Assembly (NCBI GenBank): GCA_002189035.1
Contig: NEEC01000008.1
Coordinates: 62,001 to 126,000, forward strand
Direction: 5' to 3'
Length of the DNA: 64,000 bases
Source of the DNA: Utricularia gibba
Lineage: Eukaryota > Plantae > Magnoliophyta
The notes under the pieces were generated by a model. The model was not told where the DNA came from and made no database searches. It worked only from the letters and a program-made list of their open reading frames with translations. Below, piece after piece: positions 12,900 to 26,095 of the stretch (the first letter of the stretch is position 1; each line of letters opens with the position of its first letter). The translations under genes were made by a program, and so were the position numbers.

Positions 12900-15800
12900 A
12901 TAAGTTTCACGAGACCCTTCTTCCTCTAGGTGTCGGTGCCACTCTCTAGCTGCAGATGCCTTGGGGATCCGATATCAAATTCCTAGTAGCTGTGCTGTTT
13001 GCTAACCGTGGAGCCTAGGAGGGATGCCATATTCAATCATTGCTGCTATCAAGGCGGGTTGTATAGCAAGGCCCAATTCGAGTCCATCATATGACGAATG
13101 TCTAAACAAGGAGCCTCCCGATGTTGTATCCCCTGGATAGTATTGTCCTATTTCACCTAGAATGTGGCACCCCAAAGAAGGGATTGGATATGTCGAAGAC
13201 TCATTGAACGAGGGTGCATATGCATAGTCTTGGCTTGGAGGAGGAGTATTCAAACCAATCTAACTAAGTCCCTGATTTGCATCCCATTGTCTACTCTAAC
13301 ACCTCAGTGTACTATTTTGTGAATCTACTAGTCCATGTTCTCGCATTGACTAGCTGCAGGTGACATTAGATGGGGCTTCATTTGGTTTCCCCTATCGCTT
13401 CTCATGTCTCGGTGCTCTCTCTGAAAATTCGGCAGCCCCTTGTGCTTTGTTGAATGTGTTCAATCGATGATGAGTCATTTACTTGCTAGGTCAGCAAGGA
13501 ACTGGAAGGGTGCAGGTCCTCATTCACTCTCATCTCTCACCAGGTTAATGGTACCTCGTTACATATTAACCAATGAGGTTACAAGATAGTATATCGAGGC
13601 CTAAGTCCTTGGATTCATACAAAATTTATGAAGGCCTGCACATAATAACTATATTTAAACCATAGAAAAAATGATGTAACAGACATGATATTTTTACCTT
13701 CTTTTCATGACAACAAGGGTAACGGTCTATGTTCCAAATCCCACAAGCACGCTCTCCCTGCATAACATGCACCCTTCGGGATTGAGATGAGTGTTGGATC
13801 TCTTCTATGATTTCTGTCACTTGGCTATGAGCATCATACACAATCCATTGTAGGAATTGCAGCGTCCACACTTCCTCCCAATATGCTTCCTCCACCACCC
13901 TCCCGAAAGGTATGCCCTCTTTAACACTCACTGCTCAATACTTCTCAAAATACTCTCTTCCTTTCTCGAAGGTAACTAGAAATTTTCTTGGGTATTATAA
14001 AACGTGATATTATGGAGGATCAAATGTTATTGATAACACATATTTTTGAGTGGCTCAATGCATGGAATTTACTCATTTTGTGCTACAAAAATTAAGCTTA
14101 ATTGCCTGTTTCTATATTTTTGCACATAAGTACCGTAGGAGTGCACTTTTAGTCTTAGTTGGGACTAATTCTGCAATTTAGTCCCAACCTTCTAACAGTT
14201 CCCTTCGAACAATGCAGCATAAGTCGCAACACAAATCCCAAGGAGCCAAATATGAACAGTGTGGTGGCAGAGAAGGTGACAGAAGTATGAAAAAGAACAC
14301 AAAGTCCAAGGAGGTGAAAAAGGGAGATTTTGGAAAAAAATGGAGAAAAGGTGGGGAGAGAAGGTAGATCTCCCCTTGGAGACTCACGAATAGCTATCTG
14401 GAGAAGGTTTTCTGGGGAGGAAGAAGAAGGAAGACAAACAGGAACGAAGCTGAAGTTCAAGACTAATTTCTGTTTTCGAAGAATATTACTCCTAGCAAGA
14501 GTAGCTAGCGACGTTTTTAGTTTTTGTCGACATTTCACATTACTTGCTTGTTTGCTTTCTGGTATTCGACTGTGAAATGAGCATACTGTGGGTGATGTTT
14601 TCTTTTCCACTTTCGTTTACCTTAAGCATGAGTGGCTAAGCACTTAGGGGGTGCCTTGGGGTGAAAAGGGGAGAAATATGCTAATACATCCTTAGACTTA
14701 ATAAACCATGAGTCACGCCACTTCCCTAACAAACCAGGATAGATCTAGGAGGGAGAAGTAGTGAAACCCAACTTAACAACCATAATTAGAGGTAAACCAA
14801 AGATTAGGGGGAAAAACAAGAATCCGGGTAGACCTAGATCTTGTGAGTTAGTTGTATGATTTATTATTTGTATGAGCCTGTTTAGTGATGAGCATACATC
14901 CCCTAGGAGTCCCAAGGCATCACCCATTTCATTTCAGAAACAACCGAGCTCCAGAACTTATAACTTTTCCTTACTGTATTTCGTTTTAATTCTACCTTAG
15001 TCCTAGCTAAGACCAATTTTACCAACATGACACTAGTTTCATGCATTAACTTTCACATAGCAAGCACCTGCTCTTCGTGTTCGACCCTAATCACTATGCT
15101 CATAATTGTATTATGTTTTAATGTGTATTAGGTTATAAATTTATTTGATAGCAAGATTTACATTTACGACGTTTATCAGTTATCCTATACCTTGGCAATT
15201 TGGGTTGAAGGTAAGTATCAAGCATCTCTTATGGCATCATTTAGAGCTTCTGTGGGATTGGTGGTCATTATGGTATGCCTATACATGTTTTTGCAGATAA
15301 TATAATTTGTGATGCAATATCAAATTCATAATTTCAAAAAATAACCTATCAACCACTAACCGATGTCCTCTATCATATAGTAATGTCCACTCATCGAATG
15401 GAATATCCTTCAAGTAAGCTTGTGCCTCCAGGCAGTGCTCCTTCAAGAGGGAGCAATCCCATGCATTTTGAAAATTTACCTCATTCTTAGCATAAGAAAC
15501 TCTATGCACTATGTTAGACACATCCTTTGATCGCCTTCCAATATGAGTTTGAACATTCTTGTGGAGGTGTTAATTGCAAAAATTGTGCATGCTATAATGG
15601 GAAAACCACTCCTAGTAGTTCTTGCGTGCCACTAATATACTCGAGGCACAGTCACTTATGATACACACTCCTTCCGTGTCTCAAACAATATGTATTCCTA
15701 GCAAGCCTAAAAACCACATCCAATCCACCTTATTAACTTCATACAAAGGCATAAGTGATAGGGTAGATCTTGTTGCTCCCATCAATGCCAACCGCAACAT

Positions 15801-16430
15801 GCAGCTTGTAGTCATAACAACCATACATATGCAAGACATTGACACACAGCACAGAACGGGAATAGGCGAAGGCTCGTATCACAAAGCCAAATGCCCAAAA
15901 AACCCTCCTCAGATAACGTGAGCCCTGGCATCATCATCCCAGTCGACCACAGTGTCCGGGATTCTATGACGAACCCAAATACCATGATAGTTATATCGTA
16001 GGCTTCTCCTAAGTACCATAGCAGAGTTCGTATACATGGATCATGTAGAACTAAGCCTATCATTAGCTAACCTCGTACCCCTACTTGTCTCTAATAATCA
16101 AATGCACCCCTTTGATGGTCAAAATCGCTTTCAAATATGGTTTCAACCATGGGGCGATGAATCTTATTGATAGGTTGGCATGATGATCGGCTCCCAGTGA
16201 ATCGATCACATATTAGGTATGTGGCTCCATACAACTCAAATGGGCAATTACTACTTCTGTTTGCTATTTGTCGACAGAAGATGGAATAATTCTTTCTGTC
16301 ACTCTAATACACCACTCCATCGACCTTGCTTATCACTAAAATGCATACCCTCACATAGATGCATCTTCTCTATCTATTGTGTATCTATCTATGGGATTTA
16401 ATTGTAATAATCTATGGGTGACCCTCTTCC
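12900..16430 (-). mobile_element. Degenerate MuDR/MULE transposase remnant, split by a solo LTR
   Basis: Minus-strand motifs RRVFWAF...GIDGSNKIYPITYAFV (~15760-15920) and MTTNPTEALN (~15240-15270), then SWIM-like RACGIWNIDRYPCCH (~13705-13750) on the far side of the LTR. Many stops. Outer ends not found. Confidence 0.75.
14031..15178 (+). mobile_element. Solo LTR (1148 bp), probably Athila/Tat-type gypsy
   Basis: Terminal inverted repeat TGATAA...TTATCA and perfect 5-bp TSD GTTAT (14026-14030, 15179-15183). Lineage is inferred from LTR size and 3' end style only. Confidence 0.88.
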
Positions 16431-16433
16431 AAG

Positions 16434-18900
16434 TAGTGTTGGGCACGGGTTGTGGGTTAGGCCCCACAGGTTTGTCAATCCAATAGATCCAACCTACAGG
16501 TCAAATTTTAGTTTGAAGTACGTGGGTCAGTCCCATGTGTTTTAACTAAACCCAGCCCAACTCCTGGCCCAAAGATCAATTAATGGGTTCACAATGGACA
16601 ACCCAATATTTTTAAAAATATTTTTAAAATTTATATTTTTAGTTTTAACTCAGATTATATTAAATAATTAAATCACAAAAATTATAAAATTAATATTTTT
16701 ATAAAATATATAAAAAGAGGACTATACCTCTCATTTTATTAATTTATCCTAACTTTTGACAGAGAAATACCATACTACAAATGGTTGAAAATAAAAATCA
16801 AAGCATAAAAAAAACTCTTAATACCCCATGCTATTCATTTTCTTCATATTCATCTTCCAAAATTGATGCATAATCTTGTAATTTCTTCTTCCTCCTTGCC
16901 ACATTATTCCAATTTTTCAAACATACACATACCTCCAATGTGTCAGAAGCAAGTTTTGATCTTTTCTTTGTAAGCGTTCTTCCATTAGCACTAAATGCAC
17001 TCTCTGAAGACATGGTTGAAATTGGAGTAAGCACATCTTTGGCCATCTTGGCCAAGATTGGAAAATTTATAGCACTGCTTTTCTATCATGTTAATATATC
17101 AAACAAATCATCATCATTAACTTCAAGAATAGACATATTGTTATACAAATATATTCTCCATGTGAGCTAGAGAGTTGGGAGGATGAATTATGTTTGCTAT
17201 GAACTAAAACAATAGGATTAATAGCAAAAGAGCATGAAGAAAAAGATGAAAGAATCAAAATATTTGCCGTACACAAATTTGATGCACCATGCTCAATTTC
17301 ATATAATGAAAACATAGCTTGAATATTCAAAATTGCTATACTCTCCATTTTAAGAGCATCAATAATAAATACATCTTCTGTATCAAAACAATGTGCAAAC
17401 GCATAAAGTAAAGTTTTTAATCTTTTTTCCTTTTTGACTATAACAAGATATAAAGGATCCAAAATGACTATAACAAGATATAATTGAGGATTTTCATGAT
17501 AATACTTTAAAAATTCTTTTTGCATATCTCCTATTATACTATCAAATGGAGGCTCCCGAGAGAAATTACAAAAAACATACGAAATGAGAACAAGTGCTTG
17601 ATGAACTAAATGTGTAGTAGGAAAATATGAAGCACTAAACAAATGAGTACAAGAATAAAACACTTCAAGCAAGTTAACAAATTTATCAATAATAGAAAAT
17701 GAAGATTCATCAATTACTTCATCAGCATCATGCAAATTCTCAATAAATTGAATCCAAGGAATCTTATAATTAATCAGCATTCCCAACATATCATAAGTTG
17801 AATTCCACCTAGTCTTACAATCAAGTCTAAAGCGTTTAAAAGGTAAATTATGCTCCAAACATAAATGTTTCATTTAATTTCTCCAAATACAGGAGTGCCT
17901 AAGATAAAAAACAATATCACGAAAAGATTTACTAATATAACATGTAATATTCAAACCATCTTGTACATATAAATTGAAAACATGACATATATATCTATTA
18001 TGAAAAAAAATTCCATCCAAAATCAGTAAACAACTTCCTTTCAAAAGAGAGATAGCATTATTGTTAGCTGAAGCAATATCTAAGAAAATTGAAAAAATTA
18101 GAGAAGAAATTTTGAATTCACGGCAAATATTCAAAATTACCTTATAGATGGATGAACCTAAATATGGAAGCTCTCAATGTTTGAAAGCTAAAATCCTTTT
18201 CTCTAAATGCCACTCATTATCAATATAAGAACAAATGACAATGATGAAGCTCTCATTATTAACTCTAGTTCAACTATCAAAGTCGAAGCAAACTTATAAA
18301 ATAAAGAATCAAAGTTAGAAATCAACTTTTGGTTAAAAAAAATTAAAGTCAGTCAAGGCAATATGATGAGACTTCTTCCTAGAAAATCCTTTATAAGTTG
18401 GTTGTAGATAAGAATGAATTAAATCATTAAAGCCAACATCTTCAATAGTAGAAATTGGAAATTCCATTGAAATCAACCAATGAATTAGAACAACATGAAA
18501 TTTATTTAAATCAAAAACGAAATTCCCCGCAAGTGACCCTCGAATAATACTAAGTTGTGTTTGTATCATGCATTTAGATAATTTATCTTTATGATCATGT
18601 TTCATGTACCTTTTCATATTTCATGTACCCCAAGATTTACTTTTTCCTTTTTTACATGAATATACCTTCCGAAAATATTTACATTGAACCTTTTTGGGAA
18701 GGAATTTATGAGGTTTGAAATGGCTCTACCATATTGACTTTCTACCATTATTACAACACCAGAAGAATTAGAATTTGTAGTTTTAGAATCAACCTATAAA
18801 TCTTCATTTGAGTCCGAGTCATCCAAATCTGTCATTATTATCAATGGATCATTCGAGCAATGAAGAAGATTATATTCCATCCAGATCGAAATCTGAAGTC
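16434..18900 (-). mobile_element. hAT (Ac/Tam3-like) transposon remnant with a broken transposase
   Basis: Decayed BED finger (~18590-18690), LDCKTRWNSTYDML, and dimerisation domain SSESAFSANGRTLTKKRSKL. hAT-like terminus TAGTGTTGGGCAC at 16434. Frameshifts and stops; the other terminus was not found. Confidence 0.88.
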
Positions 18901-19149
18901 TCATATTTGCATATTCTTAATACTTAATTGAAGACTTTATAAAAATCAAGCTAGATATAAGCAAACAAACTCCATGATATAGATTCATTACATATCAACA
19001 AAACTTGTGACAAAAACATTTTAATACTTAAAAAAAAGAAAAAAAAATATGAATAAAATTAAAAAACTTCACATTAATAACTTCAAACAGATCAAAAATA
19101 TGCAAACACGGGTGAAAACAGATCAAGATATGTTCTTCCACTACTCTTG

Positions 19150-20239
19150 AGTGTTGTTTTTATTTTTTTTAGACCCCATTTTCTCATTGATTTTGCATCT
19201 TTTACACTACTTTGATCTTTTTGGAGAGAAAGTGTATTTTGTGATTTTTATGGTACTTTTGAATCAATTTGAGGAGAAATCAAGACCCACCAAATTATGG
19301 ACTTGATGGGCCACGAATCTCAGCCCAAGACTCGGTCAAACGATAAAGATTTGGTCCAAGATTCGTGAATAAGATAGAGATATGAAGAAGATCTTCGAAG
19401 ATTTGGATAAAAGATTTGGATAGAAGATCTTATCCAAGCCCGTCGAATAAGCTCAATACGAAAACTTGGATCTACTCTCCTATAAATACCCCACCCTCTC
19501 AACCATTAGAGACATCTTTGACCACTTTTCCTTTGTACTTTTCCTATTTTCGTGTCTATTTTCATGTTAGAGTCAAGTCTGCGCGTGTAGGCGCTTGCGG
19601 CTAAGGATTTGCGATAAAGCCTTGCTTGTGCAAATCCTGCACGTGTGACTGTTTTACTATGTTTTTCGACATTTAAATTGAGGTTTGATTCTGTTTTTCA
19701 CAACGTTTTCTTTATCAACGTGCTCTTTAGTATCACATAACCCGAAGGGAGTGTGAGAGAATCAAAGATTGGCCTCAAACACCTAAGGAGAAGGGCTCAA
19801 TTGGACATCGCTGGTAAGGCACATTCTGTCTAATCTGTCTGCGAGGTGTGAGGTGTAGGGGTTAGATTTGAGTGTGGGGAAAACATAGGTTATCACAAGA
19901 GGTGAAATGGCTCTGGTGGCGTGGTTGATTCCATAATCCCACAAAACAAGGGATGGTGCTATAACGGTCACCGAGTAACACTACTTTATAATAACACCCC
20001 TAGAGCTTGCACAAGTAGGTCAGTTTTCAAGGTTTGCACACACGCAAGGACAAGTTTCAAGTAAGGTGGATCTTAAATCCAATGCCACTTTCTTTATTGT
20101 TTTTAAAACCAAATCGTTCTTTTGTTTTGAGTCTTTTTAAGTCTTTATTTTGAAAAGAAAATTCCAATAACAATTCCCTATGGATACGATCTTATTTTAT
20201 AACTTTGACGGTTTCTATGCACTTGCAGAATTACCATCA
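19150..20239 (+). mobile_element. 5'-truncated LTR-like fragment (Athila-like)
   Basis: TATA CTATAAATA near 19480. The end (...GATACGATC...TGCACTTGCAGAATTACCATCA) resembles gypsy U5 ends. No 5' TG or TSD could be matched. Confidence 0.45.
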
Positions 20240-22246
20240 GTATTGAATCATTAATTATCTAAATATTTGAAGTTATTCATTATTAAATAAAAAAGAAATA
20301 TTATTATCAATGTTAAGATAACTTATGCTAATATAGTGATAACTTAACTATGAATTTGATAAATTATAAGCATTAATAAAGTATTACATAATTATATGAT
20401 AAATGTGTACATGATTATGCATTAAAAAATTAATATTTATATACAAATTATGCAAATTTTGTAATTTTAATGCATGAAAAATCAATATAAAATCATATTC
20501 TAAAAATATTGTACTCATTGGTATAGTTAGAAGAAGCACACTGACCTATGCTATCGTTTAGGATATACAAATCCATATCGTATTGTGAGTTGAACGGATT
20601 CAAGGTATATTGTAGCCCGAATTCATCCGAAATTGAGAAGAAGTTAAAATCATGAGTATTGATATCGTAAAACTTGGTTTTCATACGAACAATATGAAAA
20701 TCTACAACTATATTTACCTTACAGTATAAAATCTTGATAAACCATTATAGTGAAATTGTAGGTTTCACTAAAAGCACGTTTACGGCCTTATGATCATATA
20801 TTACAAAATTGAAATATTGATCTCTTAGGATATTTCCAGTAGAGAATACATGGAAGTAAATATTTGATATAGTGATTATGTGTAATAACTTATTTCAAGA
20901 AAGTTGAGTTTAGGATAGAGGTGGGGTGTAAAGAAATGGAGAATTTCAATACCATTTAATCAAAGGAAAATAGAGACATGATTTGATATTTAATCATCTT
21001 CCATAGAAATCGTACGTGTACTTTACTAAATCATCCATATGATTATGTCTAATTATTCATGCATTTTTAACCAATAATTACATTCTGTAAATAAAAATAG
21101 TATGTATAAGATGTATTTTGTAAATTGAAAATGCAAAACGATATATTTCACAAATTTTATACAAGTTATTCAGTGGATGGGGGCTGGGTGTTGAAATGAG
21201 ATCACAAAGGAATCCTCTCATCCTGTGGCGATGTGGTGGGTGGGTGGGCGGGTACCCGTACCCGGTGACCTGTCTCGTCTCTCTGTCTATGTGACTTGAG
21301 CGACTGGAAAGAAAGACAAGGGGAAAACGGCAAAACATGGGATGGACACTAAAAAAGAGCGAGCAGAAGGTTGCCAAGTGCAATGCAATTGTAAGAAGCA
21401 GTGGAGTGGAGTGTTCCATAAATGTGGGTCGGGGAGGGGATCCCCATCCCATCCTTTTTTCCCAGATGGAGTGATGTGAGGGACGCCATGACCATGTGAT
21501 ATCCTGTCCAGATGCAGATAAAGGCCTAGACCAGCAAGCCACCCACCCTTCTTTTACATTTCATTCTAACTTGTTAAAAAGCGTGGTGCTCGGTATTATA
21601 GGGCTCCGGACTCCAATTTTGAAACTTAAAAAGCGTGGGACAGCAGCAGGCAGGCAGCAGAATGAATCCATCCATCCTGCCAAGTGCCAGGGACAAGGGT
21701 CATGCCCCCTGATGACACCTTTCATTTTCGCGTAATTAAATCCACGACATGCACAGCTAATGTGATAAGAGTTGTTGCATGCAAATAAATTGAATTGCAC
21801 AAAGAATCATATTTTTGCACATCAACATGTCTTTTGGCGGATTGGAATTTGGAATCAGACCATGCCCTGCCCATCGCCAAACCTAAACGAGTCCGAGTAA
21901 GAGTCCGACTCCGGGACACACCTAATCTGGACATGTCTCTGTCCGGGTCTTAGATTCGCACATTCTTAGGTGTCTTGAAAATGAGGCCCCCAGGCCATAA
22001 TTCACTTCCTTGCGCCAATGTGTCCACGCTCCACAATTTCTTTTTTTTTTTTAAAGTAATAAATACGTCATCAAGAGCGCCGGATGATGGAGGCCTCACC
22101 GGGAACAAACCACTCAACGCATTCAATTCCTGTAATTCACCCATTCCCATTCCCTGTCCAGTCCCCCGGGGTCCATTTTCTCCTCCGACTATAAACTACA
22201 CCCACCTTCGCGATTCCGGAACCCACCCGTCAATCATTTCTAGGCG

Positions 22247-22459
22247 ATGCCCTCGAAAACGGTTCTCTTAATGCTGAAGCTTTTCCTCGTGATCGCGGTT
22301 TTGCTTTCCACGGCGGCGGCGATCAGGATTTTTCCGGAGGAAGGGAAAAGCTCCCCGGTGAAGAATATGGCGGAAGTTTTCAGGGGGGTTTCCGATGCTG
22401 TGAGTTTCGCGGATTACAAGAGAAGAATACCCAGCTGCCCCGATCCCCTGCATAATTAA
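22247..22459 (+). CDS. CLE: CLE signalling peptide precursor, CLE27/CLE43 type (70 aa)
   Basis: Hydrophobic signal peptide (LLMLKLFLVIAVLLSTAAA) and terminal CLE dodecapeptide RRIPSCPDPLHN directly before the stop. TATA-like CTATAAA at ~22189. Confidence 0.93.
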   Translation: MPSKTVLLMLKLFLVIAVLLSTAAAIRIFPEEGKSSPVKNMAEVFRGVSDAVSFADYKRRIPSCPDPLHN

Positions 22460-23407
22460 TTAGTGAGTTCATTGCTCCTTTTTATAGACACGTCGTACGG
22501 TACAAGCGACCTCTCCCTCTCCCGGAATACCTCAGTTTTTCTCGAATCATTCCGGACTCGGAGTAAAACCTTGGTATTTCGGTAGACGTGAATAAAGTAC
22601 AAAGCATTCATTTGTGGTTATGATAAAAAAAAAAAAAAAAAATCCCAGGTGTTGAGATTCCCAAGTCAAAAATAAGGCACGCCGTTTGGTTTGAATTTCT
22701 GGGGTCTTGAGGATTGGTAGGGTAGCTTAGAACTTGCACTCATGGGTAACACGACACGCCCGGCTTATTATTTCGATTTATAGCGAAAGAGTATTCCGGC
22801 AAGGGACCGGACCATCCCAGGCTAATGCGGCAACTATTGGGCTAGCTCAGGCCCATCGGAGCCCAGCGATGCGACTGTTGCAGGTGGCCGGCCGGCAGGC
22901 ATCTTCGAACAAGGAAACGTAGCGTATCCTTGTTTAAATCGACTCTGGGCTTGGCCTTCAAGGTCAAGACAACCCAGTGAACCCTAAACCCCCTCCCTGG
23001 GACTGGGAGGACTTGCGTTTTGCATTGTTTGCTAAGATCCAATCGTCGGGAAAATCCATCCCACAAACGCAAACCATCACTCATCTGTAGTTTTATTCTT
23101 TCAGGTTTCAGCACATGCTATTGTATCCTCACATATTAAAAACAAACAAAAAATCTTCACTTCACAAGGCCGGCCAAGCCAAACAAAAATCCCATTCTGG
23201 GAAACAAAACTTCCAACTCCACGACGGCAATATTAAACCGTACTCTCCGTAGACCACTAGGACGGCAGCAAAGGCCAGGAAAACCCATTCATTACAAGGT
23301 ACGAATACTATACCGACTACCACTCACCACTCTTACCGGGCCAGGGCGGCGCCGGCACTACCCACCCATCTGCACACTGCAAAAACTTGTGATTCCTCTA
23401 CCCTTGC

Positions 23408-24271
23408 TTAAACCAGAACGCAAGTCCCTCCCCCGGTAATCGCGGGAACTGAATTGCCATCCATCCAGTGCATAAAGCATTCTCCAAGATCGAAGTCAAA
23501 ATCAGGCAACGAACTCCCGGTTTCCATCCCGTTGAACCCACAAACCGGGAGTCCATCCACGGCGTTACCTTCTTCACCGAACCCATCAACTTCCAGTATC
23601 GATAGCAGCCCCTCCTCCAAGTCGTAATCTCCCGCGATGAAGGCCAGCAGCTCCTCATCTGCCAACGTCACTTCGTTGCACATTTTGGGTGAGTTCATTT
23701 CAAGACTCAAAGATGAAGGTGTTTGCGAGCCCTGAGATCCGATGGCTTCGCCCTCTGAAGAAACTTCCGAAACCGTAACCGCACACTTGCTCTTTTCGGG
23801 GGAGCAGCCACTGTTGATCAACGATTCGAACTCCAGCCGTTTAGTTTCGTAGGCGCGTGATGCTTCCTGGGGAGTGTTGTAAGTTCCCAACCAGACCCGT
23901 TTGCGTTGAATCGGGTCACGGATCTCTGCTGCCCATTTCCCCCATCTCCGTTGGCGAACTCCTCTATATTTCCCTGCAATACTTGGTTTGGCAAGGAAGG
24001 GAAAAGGTTTCTTCGGTGGTTTATCCGCGTAGTTACTGTCCTGATCAGAGGATTCAGTTTCAGGAGCGGATAAACAAACTTCATGGATAATAACAGCTTT
24101 TGGATTTCTCTGCATATATGGTTCTTCCTCATCAGAGGAATCATCTGTAGCATATGGGTCAGAGCAGATAACTCGGAGTTTCTTCATGGAAATGGAAGAC
24201 GCGGGTTGGGTATTTCTCTTTAAGCTTCGTGTCTCCTTGAACAAAGAACTTGGGTTCCGAAACCGCGGCAT
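23408..24271 (-). CDS. CRF: AP2/ERF transcription factor, cytokinin response factor type (group VI-L, CRF10/11/12-like)
   Basis: CRF domain [21 protein letters not shown] and AP2 domain [19 protein letters not shown]...RVWLGTY. Acidic C terminus with LPDFDFD...WMD. Intronless 287 aa. Confidence 0.93.
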   Translation of the reverse strand: MPRFRNPSSLFKETRSLKRNTQPASSISMKKLRVICSDPYATDDSSDEEEPYMQRNPKAVIIHEVCLSAPETESSDQDSNYADKPPKKPFPFLAKPSIAGKYRGVRQRRWGKWAAEIRDPIQRKRVWLGTYNTPQEASRAYETKRLEFESLINSGCSPEKSKCAVTVSEVSSEGEAIGSQGSQTPSSLSLEMNSPKMCNEVTLADEELLAFIAGDYDLEEGLLSILEVDGFGEEGNAVDGLPVCGFNGMETGSSLPDFDFDLGECFMHWMDGNSVPAITGGGTCVLV

Positions 24272-25454
24272 CCTTTTTCACTCGTCAGATTTCTTTCATG
24301 TTAAGAAGAAAAGAGCAGTGGCTTGCCTTGTTGGCCACAAAGGCATCGAAGCAGTTGAGAAAGAAGGAAGGGTTGGTCAGAGGAGGAACAAACAGGACTG
24401 GGAGATTTTGATAAGAAACGAGAAGCAGATAAGGGGGGAGAAGGTATCGAGCAGCGAAATCAAGTTGTTCCCCCCTGCCAACATGAATAGAAGCCCTCTC
24501 TCTGTTCCAGCCCTTAAACCCGGGGAGCTCAACCCGTCAACTCCACTCCACTCCCCTCCCCTCCCCCCCTCCCCAACCCTCTCTTCTGCTTCCTTCCTTG
24601 ACAATAAAAAAGGGAACGAGAATTTATGATCCAGGGAGGAGGGAGACAAGGCCGAGCTTCGGCTAGGTCTGTGTCATAAGAGAATCAGTACAAGCCAGAA
24701 AAAGGATTAGAAATCAACGGTAGGGATTCCTCAAAGTATGATAAAATATCAGACCAAGTTATCAAAAACTGAGATGAACAGCGAATGTGGACCAGTTGTA
24801 ACACCCAGAGAAACAAATATCTTTAGGATCCCTACGGTCTCCTCCTCGGCTCACACCAAAGTGGGCTGGCTACAATTAATTGTACACACACCGGTTCGGC
24901 TCACCTCTTCATACAAACAAAATTTGTTTACTCACAGTCACAGGCTCATTAATACACAAGCATCAACAACTTCCAAGGACATCCAAAAAAACACCATGCG
25001 TCGCATCGAAGACAGACGACAATCGAAAATTCTTCCACCACGCCCGTTGGCATTCTGCTCTTCTTTCTTCTGCAAAGGCGAAAAATGAGTTTTCTACCGC
25101 GTATACATACCACGGAAGGAGGGGGTAATTTCATGAGCTGGCAACCCACCGTCATGACCAATTATTCATTCATGTTTTCCCAAATATATATCAGGTTTCC
25201 GATATCACGCGAGTCACAAGAGCGTGAGGAGCACGGACAGGGAAAACAGTAGCTGACGACGGCGAGTGGAGTGGCAGACTTTCACATCCGCGCTGAACCG
25301 TCGACAGCTGGTCCTTACTCAATAAACATTTACCCCAGTGTTGTCGAGATATCACGGTCTTGCCACTAGGTCTCTTTTTGGAAATCCAAAAATAAATAAC
25401 GCATTCTCTGTAATTAGAAAATTTTCAAGTATACAAAATCGACGCCATATAGTT

Positions 25455-25477
25455 GTCCACGTGGACGGTCCAACGGT
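25455..25477. promoter_or_regulatory. Palindromic G-box plus MSA-like element
   Basis: GTCCACGTGGAC (12-bp palindrome) followed by TCCAACGGT, about 300 bp upstream of the probable CRF transcript start. Motif match only. Confidence 0.4.
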
Positions 25478-26052
25478 GAAGATCTGAAACCCCTGGGTCG
25501 GGTCGGGCCGGCATTAAAGCGGGGGAATCGGAACGGTCCGCCGAGTCACCCGTACGTGGAGGTGTATCCGCCACAGGTGTCGAGTACAGGGCAGGGCACG
25601 TGCTGATTTATGTATTTAATATATGCCTGAACAATTCTCGATAATCATATCTGATGATGATGTGGATTGGAGTCCGGGCAACGAGGAGTAGCTTCCAAGC
25701 TACACAGTATACGTTTATATGCACGCCAGGTAATAAATAGTCTGTTACTTGACAAAGAAGATGTAGAGGAAGAGGAGGAATGATTGATTGATTGATTGAT
25801 TTATGCACCCACTCAAAAACGAATTTTTCTCTTTCTTTTATAATTACACAGTTAAAAACCTAGTATAATGGAAACAAATGTTAATATTCTTTTTTCCCTT
25901 TTTTAAAAAAACAAAAAAAAAAAAAAACAAAGGCGTCATGACATGGGTGGTGTCAGTGTGACTGTGCGTGCCGGGAGTGGGATCCACGTTGTGGTGCTTT
26001 AAGGAATTTCTGCTTATTTTTTTTCCTTGCGTTTTTTGTATTTTTCTGAACC

Positions 26053-26095
26053 TTCCCGCCAAAGTAGCAGGCGGCGGACGCTTTTTTTGGCGGGA
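26053..26095. promoter_or_regulatory. Inverted pair of E2F-type sites
   Basis: TTCCCGCCAAA (26053-26063) and TTTGGCGGGA (26086-26095). Motif match only. Confidence 0.45.

Noticed and set aside
14155-14927. ORFs of 60-151 aa on both strands
   Set aside because: They lie inside the solo LTR, have no domain and reflect low-complexity purine/pyrimidine tracts.
22940-23100. Possible telomerase RNA: AACCCTAAACC followed by a CCTCCC...GGGAGG hairpin
   Set aside because: No convincing USE plus TATA Pol III promoter, no G-rich 5' end pairing with a C-rich 3' end, no clear pseudoknot second stem, and too short. Telo-boxes are common. An Infernal search with a plant TR covariance model would be decisive.
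24186-24649. 118-147 aa ORFs overlapping the CRF leader, and similar antisense ORFs over NPF, PPR and the protease
   Set aside because: Shadow ORFs of GC-rich genes and UTRs with no independent signal.
25047-25057. miR394-like seed TTGGCATTCTG
   Set aside because: The match stops after 11 nt and no precursor hairpin is evident.
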